A stretch of 64,000 nucleotides of DNA from an uncultured Planctomycetaceae bacterium (GCA_963833985.1 CAWIAD010000002.1:1472001-1536000), one strand, 5' to 3'. Positions 9,588 through 21,427 are shown, numbered from the stretch's first letter. The notes: generated by a model not told the origin, from the letters alone. Numbers and translations are program-made.

Positions 9588-11057
9588 ATGAAGAGCTGGG
9601 CGTGGACTGTGCCGGCGGTGCTCGGATTGGGGCTCATGATCGTATCGTACGATCGTCAGATGCGGGTTGATTCCGGTGCGCCGTGGTCGTCCGGGTTCCT
9701 GTGTATTGGCAAGGGAGAGCCCGCGAAGCCGCTCGATCTGGGAACGCGTGTCTCGGGGCGGCTGCGCTACCTGCCGGCGGATCTGTTCAGCGACAGTCTG
9801 GTCAAGGGTCTGGGCGCGGCGCCAGGCGGGATGAAAGCAACCCTGGAGGCACGGCTCCATCCCAAGCTCATCGAACTGCCCGCCGACACGATCGCCGCCC
9901 TGGCGGGGGCCCTTGATGAGGGCCGGCTGCCGGAGGCGGGCAAGGACGAGGTGCTGGCGGGCGGCCGGTTGAAGGCTGGCGACCCGCCGAGCATCAACGG
10001 GCGCACGCTCAAGGTTGTGGGGGTCCTGCCAGCGGGCTCCGGCTTGCTGGGCGACAGCTACCTGCTTCCCAGGCAGGCCGGTTCCGACGGGTTCTTTCCG
10101 CCCGAGGATGCCTCCGTCCAGCCGGTGCAGGTGATCGGCCTGCAAGACGCAGACGTTGTCGACGCCAAGAAAGTGGCCCTGGTGACCGAGGCCTTCCCGA
10201 CCGGCTCCTTCATCGTCCTGGGGCCCGAGGTCCGCACCAGTCCCGGCGGGTTTGCAACCTACCTGACGGGGCAGGCGCTCTTCCTGCTGGGCGGCACGGG
10301 GCTCCTGATCGGGCTCTATCGCTGGCTCGCGGGGTGCGTGACCTGGCCGGTGCTCGCCGCACCTCTGGGCGAGATGGCCAAGCGCTCCCGCTTGCTCTGG
10401 GGCGTTCACATCGTCTACTTCGGCCTCTTCGTCGTGGGTGCCCTGGTCATCTATCAATTGCCCGCGCTGAACACGGTGCTCATGACCGCGGTCCAGGGAC
10501 AGATCCGCGATCAGGGCCACAGCGTGCTGGGTGTCGCCGGCAAGGCGTACGGTAGCGGTAACATTCCGCGCACCGCGCTGGTGACGTTTGTCATCAACTT
10601 CTTCCTGGGCTCGCTGGTGATGATCACCCTTCCGTCTCTCGTCATCCCCGGATCGGGCGTACTGCTGGCGGCATTTCGGGCGCTGCTCTGGGGCCTGCTG
10701 CTGGGGCCGACGCAGGCCGTCCTGGCGTACGCGATGCGCGCACACACCGGCACCCTGCTCCTGGAAGGCGAAGGCTACATCCTGGCAACCTTCTTCGCGT
10801 TCCTGGTTCCCATCTACCTGTTCGGATCCCGAGATCCGGCGGCCGAACGGAAGGACGCGAGGCTTGCGGATCCCGACCTGTACGGCGACGTCACCGGGCC
10901 GTTTCCAGGGGCCGAGACCGGCGCGCCGAGCAGTCGCTGGCAGAGGTTCGTGGCAGCCGTGGCAATGAACCTGAAGGGAAACATCCTGGTGGCCGTGGTC
11001 CTCATCGTCGCCGCCTGCTACGAGGCGTTCGAGGTGATCACGATGGCGGGTCGCTGA
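9588..11057 (+). CDS. Multi-pass membrane protein: MacB-periplasmic-like N-terminal segment plus SpoIIM/DUF95-like C-terminal TM domain
   Basis: ATG at 9588 after a GGAGG RBS; signal or TM segment; EGRLP...DEVLAG...INGRTLKVVGVL segment; multiple TM helices ending LIVAACYEA. Confidence 0.55.
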   Translation: MKSWAWTVPAVLGLGLMIVSYDRQMRVDSGAPWSSGFLCIGKGEPAKPLDLGTRVSGRLRYLPADLFSDSLVKGLGAAPGGMKATLEARLHPKLIELPADTIAALAGALDEGRLPEAGKDEVLAGGRLKAGDPPSINGRTLKVVGVLPAGSGLLGDSYLLPRQAGSDGFFPPEDASVQPVQVIGLQDADVVDAKKVALVTEAFPTGSFIVLGPEVRTSPGGFATYLTGQALFLLGGTGLLIGLYRWLAGCVTWPVLAAPLGEMAKRSRLLWGVHIVYFGLFVVGALVIYQLPALNTVLMTAVQGQIRDQGHSVLGVAGKAYGSGNIPRTALVTFVINFFLGSLVMITLPSLVIPGSGVLLAAFRALLWGLLLGPTQAVLAYAMRAHTGTLLLEGEGYILATFFAFLVPIYLFGSRDPAAERKDARLADPDLYGDVTGPFPGAETGAPSSRWQRFVAAVAMNLKGNILVAVVLIVAACYEAFEVITMAGR

Positions 11058-11103
11058 ACCGGGGCGGGGCACGACGCTGACAGCCGCGTCAGGGGAGCCG
11101 GGG

Positions 11104-12013
11104 TCAATCGGACCTGGGTTTCGAGGCTCTCAGGGTCCGCGCGGCGAGCTCGCGCGGTGACAGCCCGTGGACCTGCTTGAAGAGCCTGGAGAAATGCGCC
11201 GGGTCGGTGAAGCCCGATTCATAACACGCCTGCTTGACGCGCCCACCGGAGAGGAGCAGGCGGTCGAGCGCGTGGTTCATGCGCGCCCGCAGCAGGTACT
11301 GGTAAGGGCTGATCTCGCCGTGCTCGCGGAAGAGGCGGCACAGGTAAGAGGGCGAGAGCTCGAGTGCGCGGGCGGCGCGCTCGATGCTGGGATAGCGCAG
11401 GAACTGCTCCTGGAGGAACTGGCGGCAGCGCAGGAAGGACTCCTGCCGGCCTGAGCCCGCGGGCCGCTTGAGCGCCCGGCCGGGGATCTTCCTCGTCTTG
11501 ACCTTGAGCAGGAGGACGGTGAGGTACGCGGCGATGACCTCGTTCGCTTGCGCCGTGGCGCGTGCTTTCGCGCCTCATCCCGTCGAAGAGTTCGGCCAGT
11601 TCGGTGACGCCGAGGATGCGCCGGTACTGCCCCGGCGCCAGCGTGGCGCGCGCGAGCAGCGCAGGGGTATCCGGCCCGGTGATGTCCACGAAATACTTGG
11701 TGAGCGGCAGCCGGGGGTCGGTCTCGATACGGCAGGGGATGCCCGGGCCGTAGCAGAAGACGGCGCCCGGCTCCAGCTCATGCCGGCGGCCGCCCAGCCA
11801 AAGCCGGCCGCGGCCGCGTTCCACCCATTCCACTCCGAAGTAGGGGAAGGTGGGGCGATCGATCGCATAATCGGGGGCGCAGGTCTCCCGGCCCCCGCAG
11901 ACCACGATCACCCCTGATCGGCTCGTCCTCCGCTGGTGTGCATAGAAGTAGCGTCCCTCGCGCACCCTGGTCGAGATCTCCGGTTGCTCGTAGCTGTGTG
12001 CGCTGGGAATCAT
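11104..12013 (-). CDS. AraC-family transcriptional regulator; frameshift near 11545
   Basis: N-terminal cupin (GRETCAPDYAIDRPTFPYFGVEWV.RGRG). After the shift the HTH reads VKQACYESGFTDPAHFSRLFKQVHGLSPRE, with the stop at 11104-11106. Divergent from the AKR/ADH operon. Confidence 0.85.
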
Positions 12014-12051
12014 GACTGGCCTGAGTCTCCACCCGGGGATCGGCTTTCAGG

Positions 12052-12091
12052 TCAAGAATATTCCAGAGATATCCAGGTTATCTAGGAGATT
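12052..12091 (+). promoter_or_regulatory. Possible AraC-type direct-repeat operator
   Basis: Imperfect 20-bp-period repeat TCAAGAATATTCCAGAGATA / TCCAGGTTATCTAGGAGATT, AT-rich, between divergent araC and the AKR gene. Confidence 0.3.
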
Positions 12092-12251
12092 TGCTTGGAG
12101 CCAGCCCGCGGTTCAACCTAGAATCAGCAAGCGTGGGTCAACCGTTCGAGGCAAATTGCCATTCCCCCAAGGGGCATCACAGGCACCGAAGCATAAACAC
12201 ACGAGAATTTCTCGTACGCTTCCGGAGCGCCGTCATTTTGAGGGTCTGAAG

Positions 12252-13301
12252 GTGAGCGCAGCAACAGCGGCACGTGCGTTCTCGATCGCCGCCGACGCGG
12301 TCGATCCGCGGCTCGTACCGAAGCAAACGCTGTACACGGGAGCGACGATCCCCGCGATCGGCCTGGGAACGTTCGGCTCGGACCGGTTCTCGGGCCAGCA
12401 GGTCGCCGCGGCCGTCCTGGAGGCCGCGGCCGTTGGCTACCGGCATTTCGACTGCGCGTCGGTCTATGGAAACGAGCCGGACATCGGCCACGCGCTGCGT
12501 GCGATCCAGAACGGCGGGATCACGCGCGAGCAGATCTGGGTCACCTCCAAGCTCTGGAACGACAAGCATGGCGAGGGCGACGTGCTGGCGTCGTGCCGGC
12601 AGTCGCTACGCGATTTGCAGCTCGATTACCTGGATCTTTACCTGGTGCACTGGCCGTTCCCGAACTACCACCCGCCGGGCTGCGATGTCACGGCGCGGAG
12701 CAAGGACGCCCAGCCGTACATCCACGAAAATTACATGAAAACATGGCGCCAGATGGAGGCGCTCGTGGACCAGGGGCTCGTGCGGCACATTGGCACATCC
12801 AACATGACGATCCCCAAGCTTGATCTCGTACTGCGTGACGCCCGCATCAAGCCGGCCTGCAACGAGATGGAGCTGCATCCCCATTTCCAGCAAGCGGAGT
12901 TCTTCCAGTTTGTGGTGGACGCGGGCATCGTGCCGATCGGGTACTGCCCCATCGGCTCGCCGAACAGGCCCGAGCGCGACCGCACGGCGGGCGACACAGT
13001 GGACATCGAGGACCCGGTCATCGTGCGCATCGCCAGCCGGCTGGGGGTTCATCCCGGCGTTGTGTGCCTGAAATGGGCCGTCCAGCGCGGGCAAGTCCCC
13101 ATTCCGTTCTCGGTGAAGCGCCCTCAATTCCTGGGCAGCCTGCGGGCCATCACCGAGAACCCGCTCACCGCGCAGGAGATGCAAGAGATCGCCACGATCG
13201 ACAAGAATTGCCGGCTCATCAAGGGGCAGGTCTTCCTCTGGAAAGACGGCCAGAGCTGGGAAGACCTGTGGGATCCCACCGGCGAGATCACCGCTCCCTG
13301 A
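12252..13301 (+). CDS. Aldo/keto reductase (aldose-reductase-like)
   Basis: IGLGTF, GYRHFDCASVYGNE, TSKLWN, DYLDLYLVHWP, IGTSN. The GTG start at 12252 is my choice. Confidence 0.9.
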   Translation: MSAATAARAFSIAADAVDPRLVPKQTLYTGATIPAIGLGTFGSDRFSGQQVAAAVLEAAAVGYRHFDCASVYGNEPDIGHALRAIQNGGITREQIWVTSKLWNDKHGEGDVLASCRQSLRDLQLDYLDLYLVHWPFPNYHPPGCDVTARSKDAQPYIHENYMKTWRQMEALVDQGLVRHIGTSNMTIPKLDLVLRDARIKPACNEMELHPHFQQAEFFQFVVDAGIVPIGYCPIGSPNRPERDRTAGDTVDIEDPVIVRIASRLGVHPGVVCLKWAVQRGQVPIPFSVKRPQFLGSLRAITENPLTAQEMQEIATIDKNCRLIKGQVFLWKDGQSWEDLWDPTGEITAP

Positions 13302-13312
13302 AACCCTGATGG

Positions 13313-14401
13313 ATGGACGAGCTCATGAGCAGCGCATCGGAAACGATCAACCAGACGATGATGCCGGGCGTGGTCTTGCCCGGGAACAGCACGGTCGAGT
13401 TCAAGGAATACCCGATCCCCGAGCCGGGCCACGGCCAGGTCCTGGTGCGGATGAAGGCGTCGTCGATCTGCGGCAGCGACATCCGGGCCATCTATCGCGA
13501 GCACCTGGGCAAGGGGCCCGAGGGCTACCAGGGCGTGATCTCGGGCCACGAGCCGTGCGGTCAGGTCGTCAAGGTGGGGCCGGCGTGCAAGCAGTTCCAG
13601 GCCGGCGACCGTGTGGTCATTTACCACATCTCGGGCTGCGGCGTGTGCGAGGAGTGCCGGCACGGTTACATGATCGGCTGCCACAACGAGCACCGCGCGG
13701 CATACGGCTGGCAGCGCGACGGCGGCCACGCGCCGTACTTGCTGGCCGAGGAGAACAACTGCGTCCCCTTACCCGATTCACTCTCCTACGTCGATGGTGC
13801 CTTCTGTGCATGCGGCTTCGGTACGGCATACGAGGCCCTGCGGCGGATGCAGGTGTGCGGGCAGGACCGGCTGCTCATCACCGGGCTGGGGCCGGTGGGC
13901 CTGGCCGCGGCCATGCTCGGCCGGGCGCTCGGCGCCGGACCGATCATCGGCACGGACCTCTCGGACAGCCGCCTGGGGCTGGCGACCGACCTGAAGCTTT
14001 TGGATCATGCCATCAAGGCCGATGCCGGGGCACTGGATGCGATCCTCGCCCGGACGGGAGGCAAGGGCTGCGAGGCGAGCATCGATTGCTCGGGTGCGGC
14101 ACCCGCGCGCCTGCTGGCCCTTCAGGGCACGCGGGACTGGGGCCGATGCGCCTATGTGGGTGAGGGCGGGACAGTCAACTTCGAGGTCTCCAGGTATCTC
14201 ATCCACAAGCAGATCACGCTCTTCGGCTCGTGGGTGACGTCACTACGGCACCTGGAAGAGCTGCTGGAGCGTCTGGATCGCTGGGGCCTTCATCCCGATG
14301 CGACCTGCACGCACAGGCTGCCGCTCGCGGAAGCCGCCAGGGCCTATGAGCTCGCCGCCGGGGGACAGACCGGCAAGGTCTGCATCGTTTTCGAGGACTG
14401 A
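13313..14401 (+). CDS. Zn-dependent medium-chain (polyol/sugar-alcohol) dehydrogenase
   Basis: ICGSD, GHEPCG, structural Zn motif [21 protein letters not shown] nucleotide-binding motif. Confidence 0.9.
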   Translation: MDELMSSASETINQTMMPGVVLPGNSTVEFKEYPIPEPGHGQVLVRMKASSICGSDIRAIYREHLGKGPEGYQGVISGHEPCGQVVKVGPACKQFQAGDRVVIYHISGCGVCEECRHGYMIGCHNEHRAAYGWQRDGGHAPYLLAEENNCVPLPDSLSYVDGAFCACGFGTAYEALRRMQVCGQDRLLITGLGPVGLAAAMLGRALGAGPIIGTDLSDSRLGLATDLKLLDHAIKADAGALDAILARTGGKGCEASIDCSGAAPARLLALQGTRDWGRCAYVGEGGTVNFEVSRYLIHKQITLFGSWVTSLRHLEELLERLDRWGLHPDATCTHRLPLAEAARAYELAAGGQTGKVCIVFED

Positions 14402-14510
14402 AACGCCACACCAGGGCAAAATGGCCTGCTGCGGCCGTGCTGGCCTTTCGTCGGGTCCACGTGCGGCGGAGCAGCGAGGAATTCTTGAGCATTTCATCTG
14501 GAGAGATTCC

Positions 14511-16521
14511 ATGATCCGAGATCACGTTCCCGGCCAACCCTCACCACGCAAGCTGCGGCTTGCCTTGCTCCTGGGGCTCGCCGGCCTCTGGGGTTTGCTC
14601 GTACCGGCCGCGCTGGCGGCCGAGCCCGCGCAGCGACCGCGCGCCCATTGCGGACGGCCCGTTTCAGCCGACGACGGACTCGCTCAAGAAGTACGAATAT
14701 CCGGAGTGGTTCCGTGACGCCAAGCTGGGCATGTGGGCGCACTGGGGCCCGCAGGCGGTGCCCATGTTCGGGGACTGGTACGCGCGCAAGCTCTACCAGC
14801 AGGGCGATGCGGACTACAAGGACCACCTCGAACACTACGGCCATCCCACGAAGTCGGGCTACAAGGACATCATCCCGCTCTGGAAGGCGGAGAAGTGGGA
14901 TCCCGATGCGCTCATGGCAATGTACAAGAAGGCGGGCGCACGCTACTTCGTGAGCATGGGCGTGCATCACGACAATTTCGACCTCTGGAACTCAACGCAC
15001 CACAAGTGGAACGCGGTGCAGATGGGTCCGCATCGCGACGTGGTGGGCGACTGGCAGAAGGCGGCCCGGAAGCAGGGCCTGCGGTTCGGCGTCTCCGAGC
15101 ACCTGGGCGCGAGCTTCACCTGGTTCCAGGACAGCCACCGCTCGGACAAGACGGGTCCCCTGGCCGGTGTGCCGTATGACGGGGCCGACCCGAAGTACGA
15201 GGACCTGTACCACTGGGCGGCCGCACCGGGCGACAGGGGCTGGTACAGCAAGGACCCGCGCTGGCATGACGAATGGTTCGCACGGATCAAGGATCTCGTC
15301 GATCAGTACCATCCCGACCTGCTTTACACCGATGGCGCCGTCCCCTTCGGTAACGAGGTGGGGCGGAGCATGATCGCCCACCTCTACAACAGCAGCGCCG
15401 GGCGCAACAACGGCAAGACCGACGTCGTCTACACCTGCAAGCAGAATTCCGAGGGCATGTGGGTGGAAGACCTGGAGCGCGGGGTGATGCCGGGCATCAG
15501 GCCCTATCCCTGGCAGACCGACACGTCGATCGGCGACTGGTACTACAACCGCAACTGGAAGTATCGCGGGGCCGACTGGGTCGTTCACATGCTCGTGGAC
15601 ATTGTCAGCAAGAATGGCAACCTGCTCATCAACGTGGTGCAGCGCCCCGACGGCAGCCTGGACCCCGAACCTCACAAGGTGCTCGCCGACATGACCGAGT
15701 GGATCGCCATCAACGGCGAGGCCATCTATGCGACGCGTCCGTGGCTGATTCATGGCGAAGGGCCCGTGCGCGCCAGGGGTGGCCACTTCCGTGAAGATTT
15801 CGCCTACACGGCCAAGGACATCCGCTTCACCAGCAAGGGCGAGCACACGCTCTACGCCTTCGCGATGGGCTGGCCGGCGGAGAAGAAGCTGGTGGTCCGC
15901 TCGCTTGGGAAATTCCCGGGCGTGACCGCCAGGATCGACGGCATCGAGCTGCTGGGCCATTCCGGTGCGCTGCACTGGACGCAGGAAGCCGATGGTCTGG
16001 CCGTCGATCTCCCCGAGCAGAAACCCTGCAACTATGCCATCGCCCTGAAGATCACGGGCGAAAACCTCCGCGGGTTCAAGCCCGAGCTCGCCGCGCCGGC
16101 CGTCTCGCTGGTGCAGCCCGACGCGTCCGGGACCCTGGCTCTGGGTGCCGAGGAGGCCGATCTGCACGGCAGCCAGATCAAGGTTGAGGAAAAGTCCGGC
16201 CGGTCGAATATTGGCTTCTGGGACAAGGCCGACGAGTCCGCCGCGTGGAAGGTCAACTTCAAGGAACCGGGCAAGTACAAGGTGAGTGCTCTGATTGCCA
16301 CAGCCTCCGACGGCGCTCTGGCCGTGCTGGACGTGGCAGGGTCGACCATCGATCTGAAGCCACCAGCCACCGGCTCGTGGGACAGGTTCTCCGAGCTCGA
16401 CGCGGGGACCATCGAGGTCCCCCAGGCGGGCGTCCAGACCGTCAAGCTGCACGCGCGTGACGCCCAGAGCTGGAAGCCCATCAACGTGCGCTGGGTGAAG
16501 CTGGCACGCCGTGCTCCCTGA
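14511..16521 (+). CDS. Secreted GH29 alpha-L-fucosidase-family glycosidase with C-terminal CBM6/35-like domain; frameshift near 14645
   Basis: Signal peptide (RLALLLGLAGLWGLLVPAALA) lies in a neighbouring frame. PEWFRDAKLGMWAHWG, HHDNF, LLYTDG, DIVSKNGNLLIN, NGEAIY.TRPW; C-terminal NIGFW...TGSWDRF. Confidence 0.88.
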
Positions 16522-16626
16522 GTCCGAGCCGCTCCGCTGGGATGGAGCCAACCGGCGGCAAGGATCGAGGTCCTTGCGCCGGTTGGAATCCTGGGTTAGT
16601 CTAACCTGCTCTGCGGCAAAAGCCGG

Positions 16627-17332
16627 TCAGAAGGCCGCGACGACCGCGGGCTGTCGACGGGGACGAGGCGAGGGGTGAGCATGGGAGACGCCGGCGCTGC
16701 CGGGTCCTGGCAGTGAAGCGAACCGGTGCTCCAGTGCGATCGGGTCCAGGTCGGCGATGGAATCGACGATCAGGTCGGGCCGGTAGGCGAAGCGGTCGAC
16801 ATCCTCGCGCCGGGTGCTGCCGGTCAGGACCAGGATGGTCTTGTAGTGGAGCTGCACGCCGCCCAGGATGTCGGCGTCCATCGTGTCGCCGATGACCACG
16901 GTCTGATCCGTGGGAAGCGCCAGCTCCCTGCGCGGCCCGCAGCATCATCGGGCGACGCATCTCGAAGCTCCCCGTGCGGCCTGCGCCGGCCACGACGTGA
17001 TCGGGGTCCCTGTCCACGATCTCGCGGCCTAACTCATGGTGCGCCGTGAGCCAGCCCCCCTCGCCAATCTCGAACGCGGTTCCCCCCGGGTTCTGCTCGG
17101 CAAGCACGTGCGCCGTGGCCATGGTGCAGGTGAAGAGATGATCTTCGGTGACGTCAATGCCAAGGCTCCGGAAGCGGGCGGCCACATCGCGCCGGGTTTG
17201 CCGGCTGTTGCTGCTCAGGAACAGGAAAGGAATATTCGCTTCACGCAGTCCATTCACAAATCGGTCGGCGCCGGGGATCAACTGGCCTCCCCGGGTCATC
17301 ACGCCGTCCATGTCAATCAGATAACCAAGCAT
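16627..17332 (-). pseudogene. HAD IIA (NagD-like) phosphatase pseudogene
   Basis: YLIDMDGV and GDTMDADILGG motifs are present. The usual LTNN is LSSN, the ATNxD...GKP segment is missing, and there is a frameshift near 16920. Confidence 0.7.
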
Positions 17333-17926
17333 CGGGATGCAAACCCTCAAACCTCGTTCGCAGTCAAGATCTCGTGCTCCGCGAGAAACGACGCAAGAGT
17401 CAGTCGATGAGGAAACGCAGCGAATCCCGCGGAGGACGAGAAACGGACCCATCCAGGAAGCGAATTGTGTACCAACCCACACGAGCGACGGCGTGGCGTC
17501 TGGTTGAAGTGTGCAAAGTGCTTGTTGCGAAGCCATTTAAATCCAGGCTGTCCGGGCGGCCGAGGGCCGGCTTCAGAATAGGGCTGATCGCGGGATGCCC
17601 GGAAGCCAGGCAGATTGCTCGTGGTCCATGATTCCTCCTGCTGTGCGTATGTACAAACTCCTGAAGCGACTCCGAGGCCCTGACCGGATCGCGTCCATGT
17701 GACAGAAAAAAAGCGAGTCCACGTAACCAGGCCTGCCTGGTTCTTTCTCTTGAGGGTGAGGGAACGAGAGGGGACGAGAAGAGAAAAGAGACGGCGACGG
17801 CCGCGGGAACAGTGACACGCGGCCGCACGATGAGATGTCCCTCGTCTCCCTGGCTACGGTGTGTTCAAGAACGATTCGACCCACTGTTCGCGGAATGACC
17901 GACACCTTTTCTTCAAGGAGTTTCCG

Positions 17927-18133
17927 ATGAGCACGTTCCAGGCGATCCAGAACGAGACCACGGTCAAGGCCAGCAGCGAAGTCCTCTCCGAGCAGGCCGT
18001 CTCGGACGTGACCGACGAGCAGCTCAGGAAGATCTTCGGCGGGTTTGGAAGCGGCCCCTCCTCCACGGTCTACAACGGTAACGGGCACACCCCTGCACCA
18101 CCGATTTCCCTGGGCGGCTATCGCGTGCCCTGA
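17927..18133 (+). CDS. 68-aa peptide with a double-glycine-type leader (possible bacteriocin, RiPP or signalling precursor)
   Basis: AAGGAG RBS 6 nt upstream of the ATG; GC3-rich codons. MSTFQAIQNETTVKASSEVLSEQAVSDVTDEQLRKIFGG|FGSGPSSTVYNGNGHTPAPPISLGGYRVP. Confidence 0.6.
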   Translation: MSTFQAIQNETTVKASSEVLSEQAVSDVTDEQLRKIFGGFGSGPSSTVYNGNGHTPAPPISLGGYRVP

Positions 18134-18371
18134 CAGGCACCAATCCTGGAGTTGCCGCGTCTCGGCGGCGTCTAACCATGCGATGTCATGCGATGCGGCC
18201 GGGTCGGCCTTCCGATCCGGCCGCTCTCGCTTTGCTCCAGCAGGAGGTCGAGGCTGATCTTCCAGACAGGGTGGATGCGAGCCATCGATTGAAAGACGGT
18301 CAGACACGGTCTATCCTGAGAACCTCGAGACAAGCCCGAGACGCCGTTCTTCATCGGAGCCGAGAGCACGC

Positions 18372-20218
18372 ATGAGCCCGACAGTCAGCAATCCCTTGCG
18401 CGCGGTCACAAGAGTAATGGCCGCCTTGGCGCTCGTGGCCGTGCTCGGCGGCGCGGCCCGGGCCGACGACGACGGCTACGAGAAGTCCGAGTTCATGATC
18501 CCGATGCGCGACGGCGTCAAGCTGCACACGCTCGTGTTCAGGCCCGCCAAGACGCAAGGCGCGCTGCCGATCATCCTGGAGCGAACCCCCTACAGCGCCG
18601 ACGCGGGAGGGCCCCGCGCGCTGGAGGAGTATCTCAAGGACCTGGCGGATGACGGCTACCTGTTTGCCTTTCAGGATATCCGCGGCCGCTACCGGTCCGA
18701 GGGCTCCTTCGTGATGATCCGCGCCCCCGCGCCAGCACCGATCCGAAGACCGTCGACGAGGGGACCGATGCTTACGACACCATTGACTGGCTCGTGAAGA
18801 ACCTCAAGGACAACAACGGCCGGGTGGGCATGCTGGGGATCTCCTACCCTGGCTGGCTGACGGTGATGGCCCTGCTGGAGCCGCACCCCGCGCTGAAGGC
18901 CGCCTCGCCGCAGGCACCTCCGGCCGACATGTTTCTGGGTGATGACTTCCATCACAACGGGGCTTTCCGCCTGAGTTACGGTTTCGAGTACGCCGCGCTC
19001 ATGGAAACGTCAAGGGAGAACACCATCTTCCATTTCGACGTGCGCGACACGTTCGAGTGGTATCTCCGGCTTGGGCCTCTCTCCACCGCCAATGCCCGCT
19101 ACCTGAAGGGGAAGATCCCCACCTGGAATGATTTCGTCGAGCACCCCAGCTACGACGCGTTCTGGCAGAGGCAGGCGGCCGCTCCGTACCTTGGCCGGGC
19201 GAAGGTTCCCACGCTCAACGTTGCCGGATGGTGGGATCAGGAAGATTTCTACGGCCCTCTCAAGGTCTATGAGAGCCTCGAGAAGGGCGACCTCGACCGC
19301 CGGAATTTCCTGGTGGTCGGCCCCTGGAACCACGGGGGCTGGTCGCACGGCAAGGGCGATGCGCTGGGCGCCCTGGAGTTCGGCTCGGCCACCGGCAAGC
19401 ACTTCCGCGCGGAGATCCAGGCGCGCTGGTTCGCAGCATATCTCAAGGACAAGGGCGCGCAGCGCTTTCCCGAGGCCGTGACCTTCCGCACCGGCTCAAA
19501 TACCTGGGAGTCGTATGATCGCTGGCCTCCGCGCGAGGCAGCGCCTCGGAGGCTCTACGCGCGCAGGAACGGCCGCCTGGCGTTCGAGCCGCCCCCGGCC
19601 GACGAGAACGACCCTGGCTTTGATGCCTATCTTTCGGACCCGGCCCATCCGGTTCCCTACCGGCCGCGGCCGGTCACGCCGACGTATCCCGGCCCCGAGT
19701 GGCCGCAGTGGCTGGTGCAGGACCAGAGGTTCGTCCACCTCCGGCCCGACGTCCTCTCCTACGAGACCGAGCCGCTTGCCCGGGACGTGACCGTCACCGG
19801 CCCGATCGTCGCGCACCTCTTCGCCTCGACCTCCGGGACCGACAGCGACTGGATCGCCAAGCTGATCGACGTCTACCCCGAAAGCGAAGGCAAGCTGGCC
19901 GGCTACCAGCTCATGATCGCCAACGACGTCTTCCGGGGCCGGTTCCGCAAGAGCTTCGAAAGCCCCGAGGCGATCGAGCCGGACCGCGTCGAGGAATACA
20001 CGATCGACCTGCACTGGAACGACCATTGCTTCAGGAAGGGCCACAAGATCATGGTCCAGGTCCAGAGCACCTGGTTCCCGCTCATCGATCGCAATCCCCA
20101 GACGTTCGTCCCCAACATCTTCAAGGCCGAGGCGAAGGACTTCCGCGCGGCCACCCAGCGCATCTTCCGATCGCCGGGTCACGGGACTTACCTGGAGCTG
20201 AGCCTGCTGGACAATTGA
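18372..20218 (+). CDS. Secreted CocE/NonD-family hydrolase (peptidase S15 / alpha-amino acid ester hydrolase); frameshift near 18735
   Basis: Signal peptide, IPMRDGVKL, RTPY, QDIRGRYRSEG, GISYPG nucleophile, GWWDQED, GPWNHGGW, QSTWFPLIDRNPQ. Confidence 0.9.
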
Positions 20219-20230
20219 ACGGAACGCCGG

Positions 20231-21427
20231 TCAGGCGCCTGGTGTGCGCCCTTCCCTGCGATACCGGGCCGGCGTGACTCCGAACCGCCGGCGGAAGACC
20301 TGGGCCAGGTAGCTGGGGCTGGCGAAGCCGGACGCGGACGCGACCCTCAGTACCGGCAGGTCGCTCTCGAGCAAAAGCCGCCTGGCTCGCTCCAGGCGCA
20401 TCCGTTCCAGTTCCTCGTGAATCGTCCGGCCGATCGCCCTGCGAAAGCGAATTTCCAGGGCCCTGCGCGAGAGGGAAAGATGGGCCACGAGGTCGCCCAC
20501 ATCGATCGGCTCACCCGCGTGGTCGTGCAGGAAATGGAGTGCGGCCGCCACCTCGGAATCATCGAGTGCGACGATGTCCGTGGAGCGCCGGGTCACCACC
20601 TGCAACGGCTCGACGAGTAATCGCTGTGGCCGGCGCGGTGCAGGCTGGCCGCGCGCGGCCGCGCGCATCAGCCCGTCCAGCACCGCCGCCAGGCGGTAGC
20701 CGCCCGCCTCGGCGTTGAGCGCCACGCTCGAGAGCGGCGGATCGGCCAGCTCGCAGAGCAGCTCATCATTGTCCACTCCGACCACGGCCACCTCTTCCGG
20801 TACGCGCAGACCGGCGCCTCGGCAGGCTTCCAGGACCTCGCGGCCGCGGTCATCACTGCTGGCCATCAGGCCGACCGGTCTGGGCAGCGACCGCAGCCAC
20901 CGTTCCAGGCCAGGCTGCTCGCGCTCCCAGCCCCGATCGGGCATGGTCCCTGGCGGGTCGTAAACGTGCGCCGTGAAGCCAGCCGCGCGGACGTGCTTGC
21001 AGAAACCGGCCCGGCGCCGGTCCGACCAGACGCGGCCCGCGGTGCCAACGAACGCGTAATGGCGCAAGCCGCGATCCAGCAGGTGCTCCGCCGCGAGCCG
21101 CGCCGCGCCCGGCGAATCGGAGGCCAGCTCGCTCAGCCGGGAGAGAGGATGCCCGCGCCGGAGCTGCACCTCGGACAGGTCCAGCGCGATGGCCGGCAAG
21201 CCGGAATCCAGGATCGCACGGGCCACTTCGGGCGTTTCGATCCGTGCGATGATTCCCGTTCCCCCCCAGGATCGCATCCGCGGCAGCACCTGCGAGAAAT
21301 CTCCGGGGGTGACGTGAAACCCCCAGGGTCCGTGCAGCCGGGCGTAACGGACGATGCCGCGCAAGAGCGCCCGCCCGTAGCCCCGCGACGTCTCGATCAA
21401 GAGGGCCACCTTCGGCATGACGGGCAT
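20231..21427 (-). CDS. xylR: XylR-type regulator (periplasmic-binding-protein-like domain plus AraC HTH)
   Basis: [42 protein letters not shown]-terminal AraC HTH ([15 protein letters not shown]). Divergent from galT. The symbol denotes the family only. Confidence 0.85.
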   Translation of the reverse strand: MPVMPKVALLIETSRGYGRALLRGIVRYARLHGPWGFHVTPGDFSQVLPRMRSWGGTGIIARIETPEVARAILDSGLPAIALDLSEVQLRRGHPLSRLSELASDSPGAARLAAEHLLDRGLRHYAFVGTAGRVWSDRRRAGFCKHVRAAGFTAHVYDPPGTMPDRGWEREQPGLERWLRSLPRPVGLMASSDDRGREVLEACRGAGLRVPEEVAVVGVDNDELLCELADPPLSSVALNAEAGGYRLAAVLDGLMRAAARGQPAPRRPQRLLVEPLQVVTRRSTDIVALDDSEVAAALHFLHDHAGEPIDVGDLVAHLSLSRRALEIRFRRAIGRTIHEELERMRLERARRLLLESDLPVLRVASASGFASPSYLAQVFRRRFGVTPARYRREGRTPGA

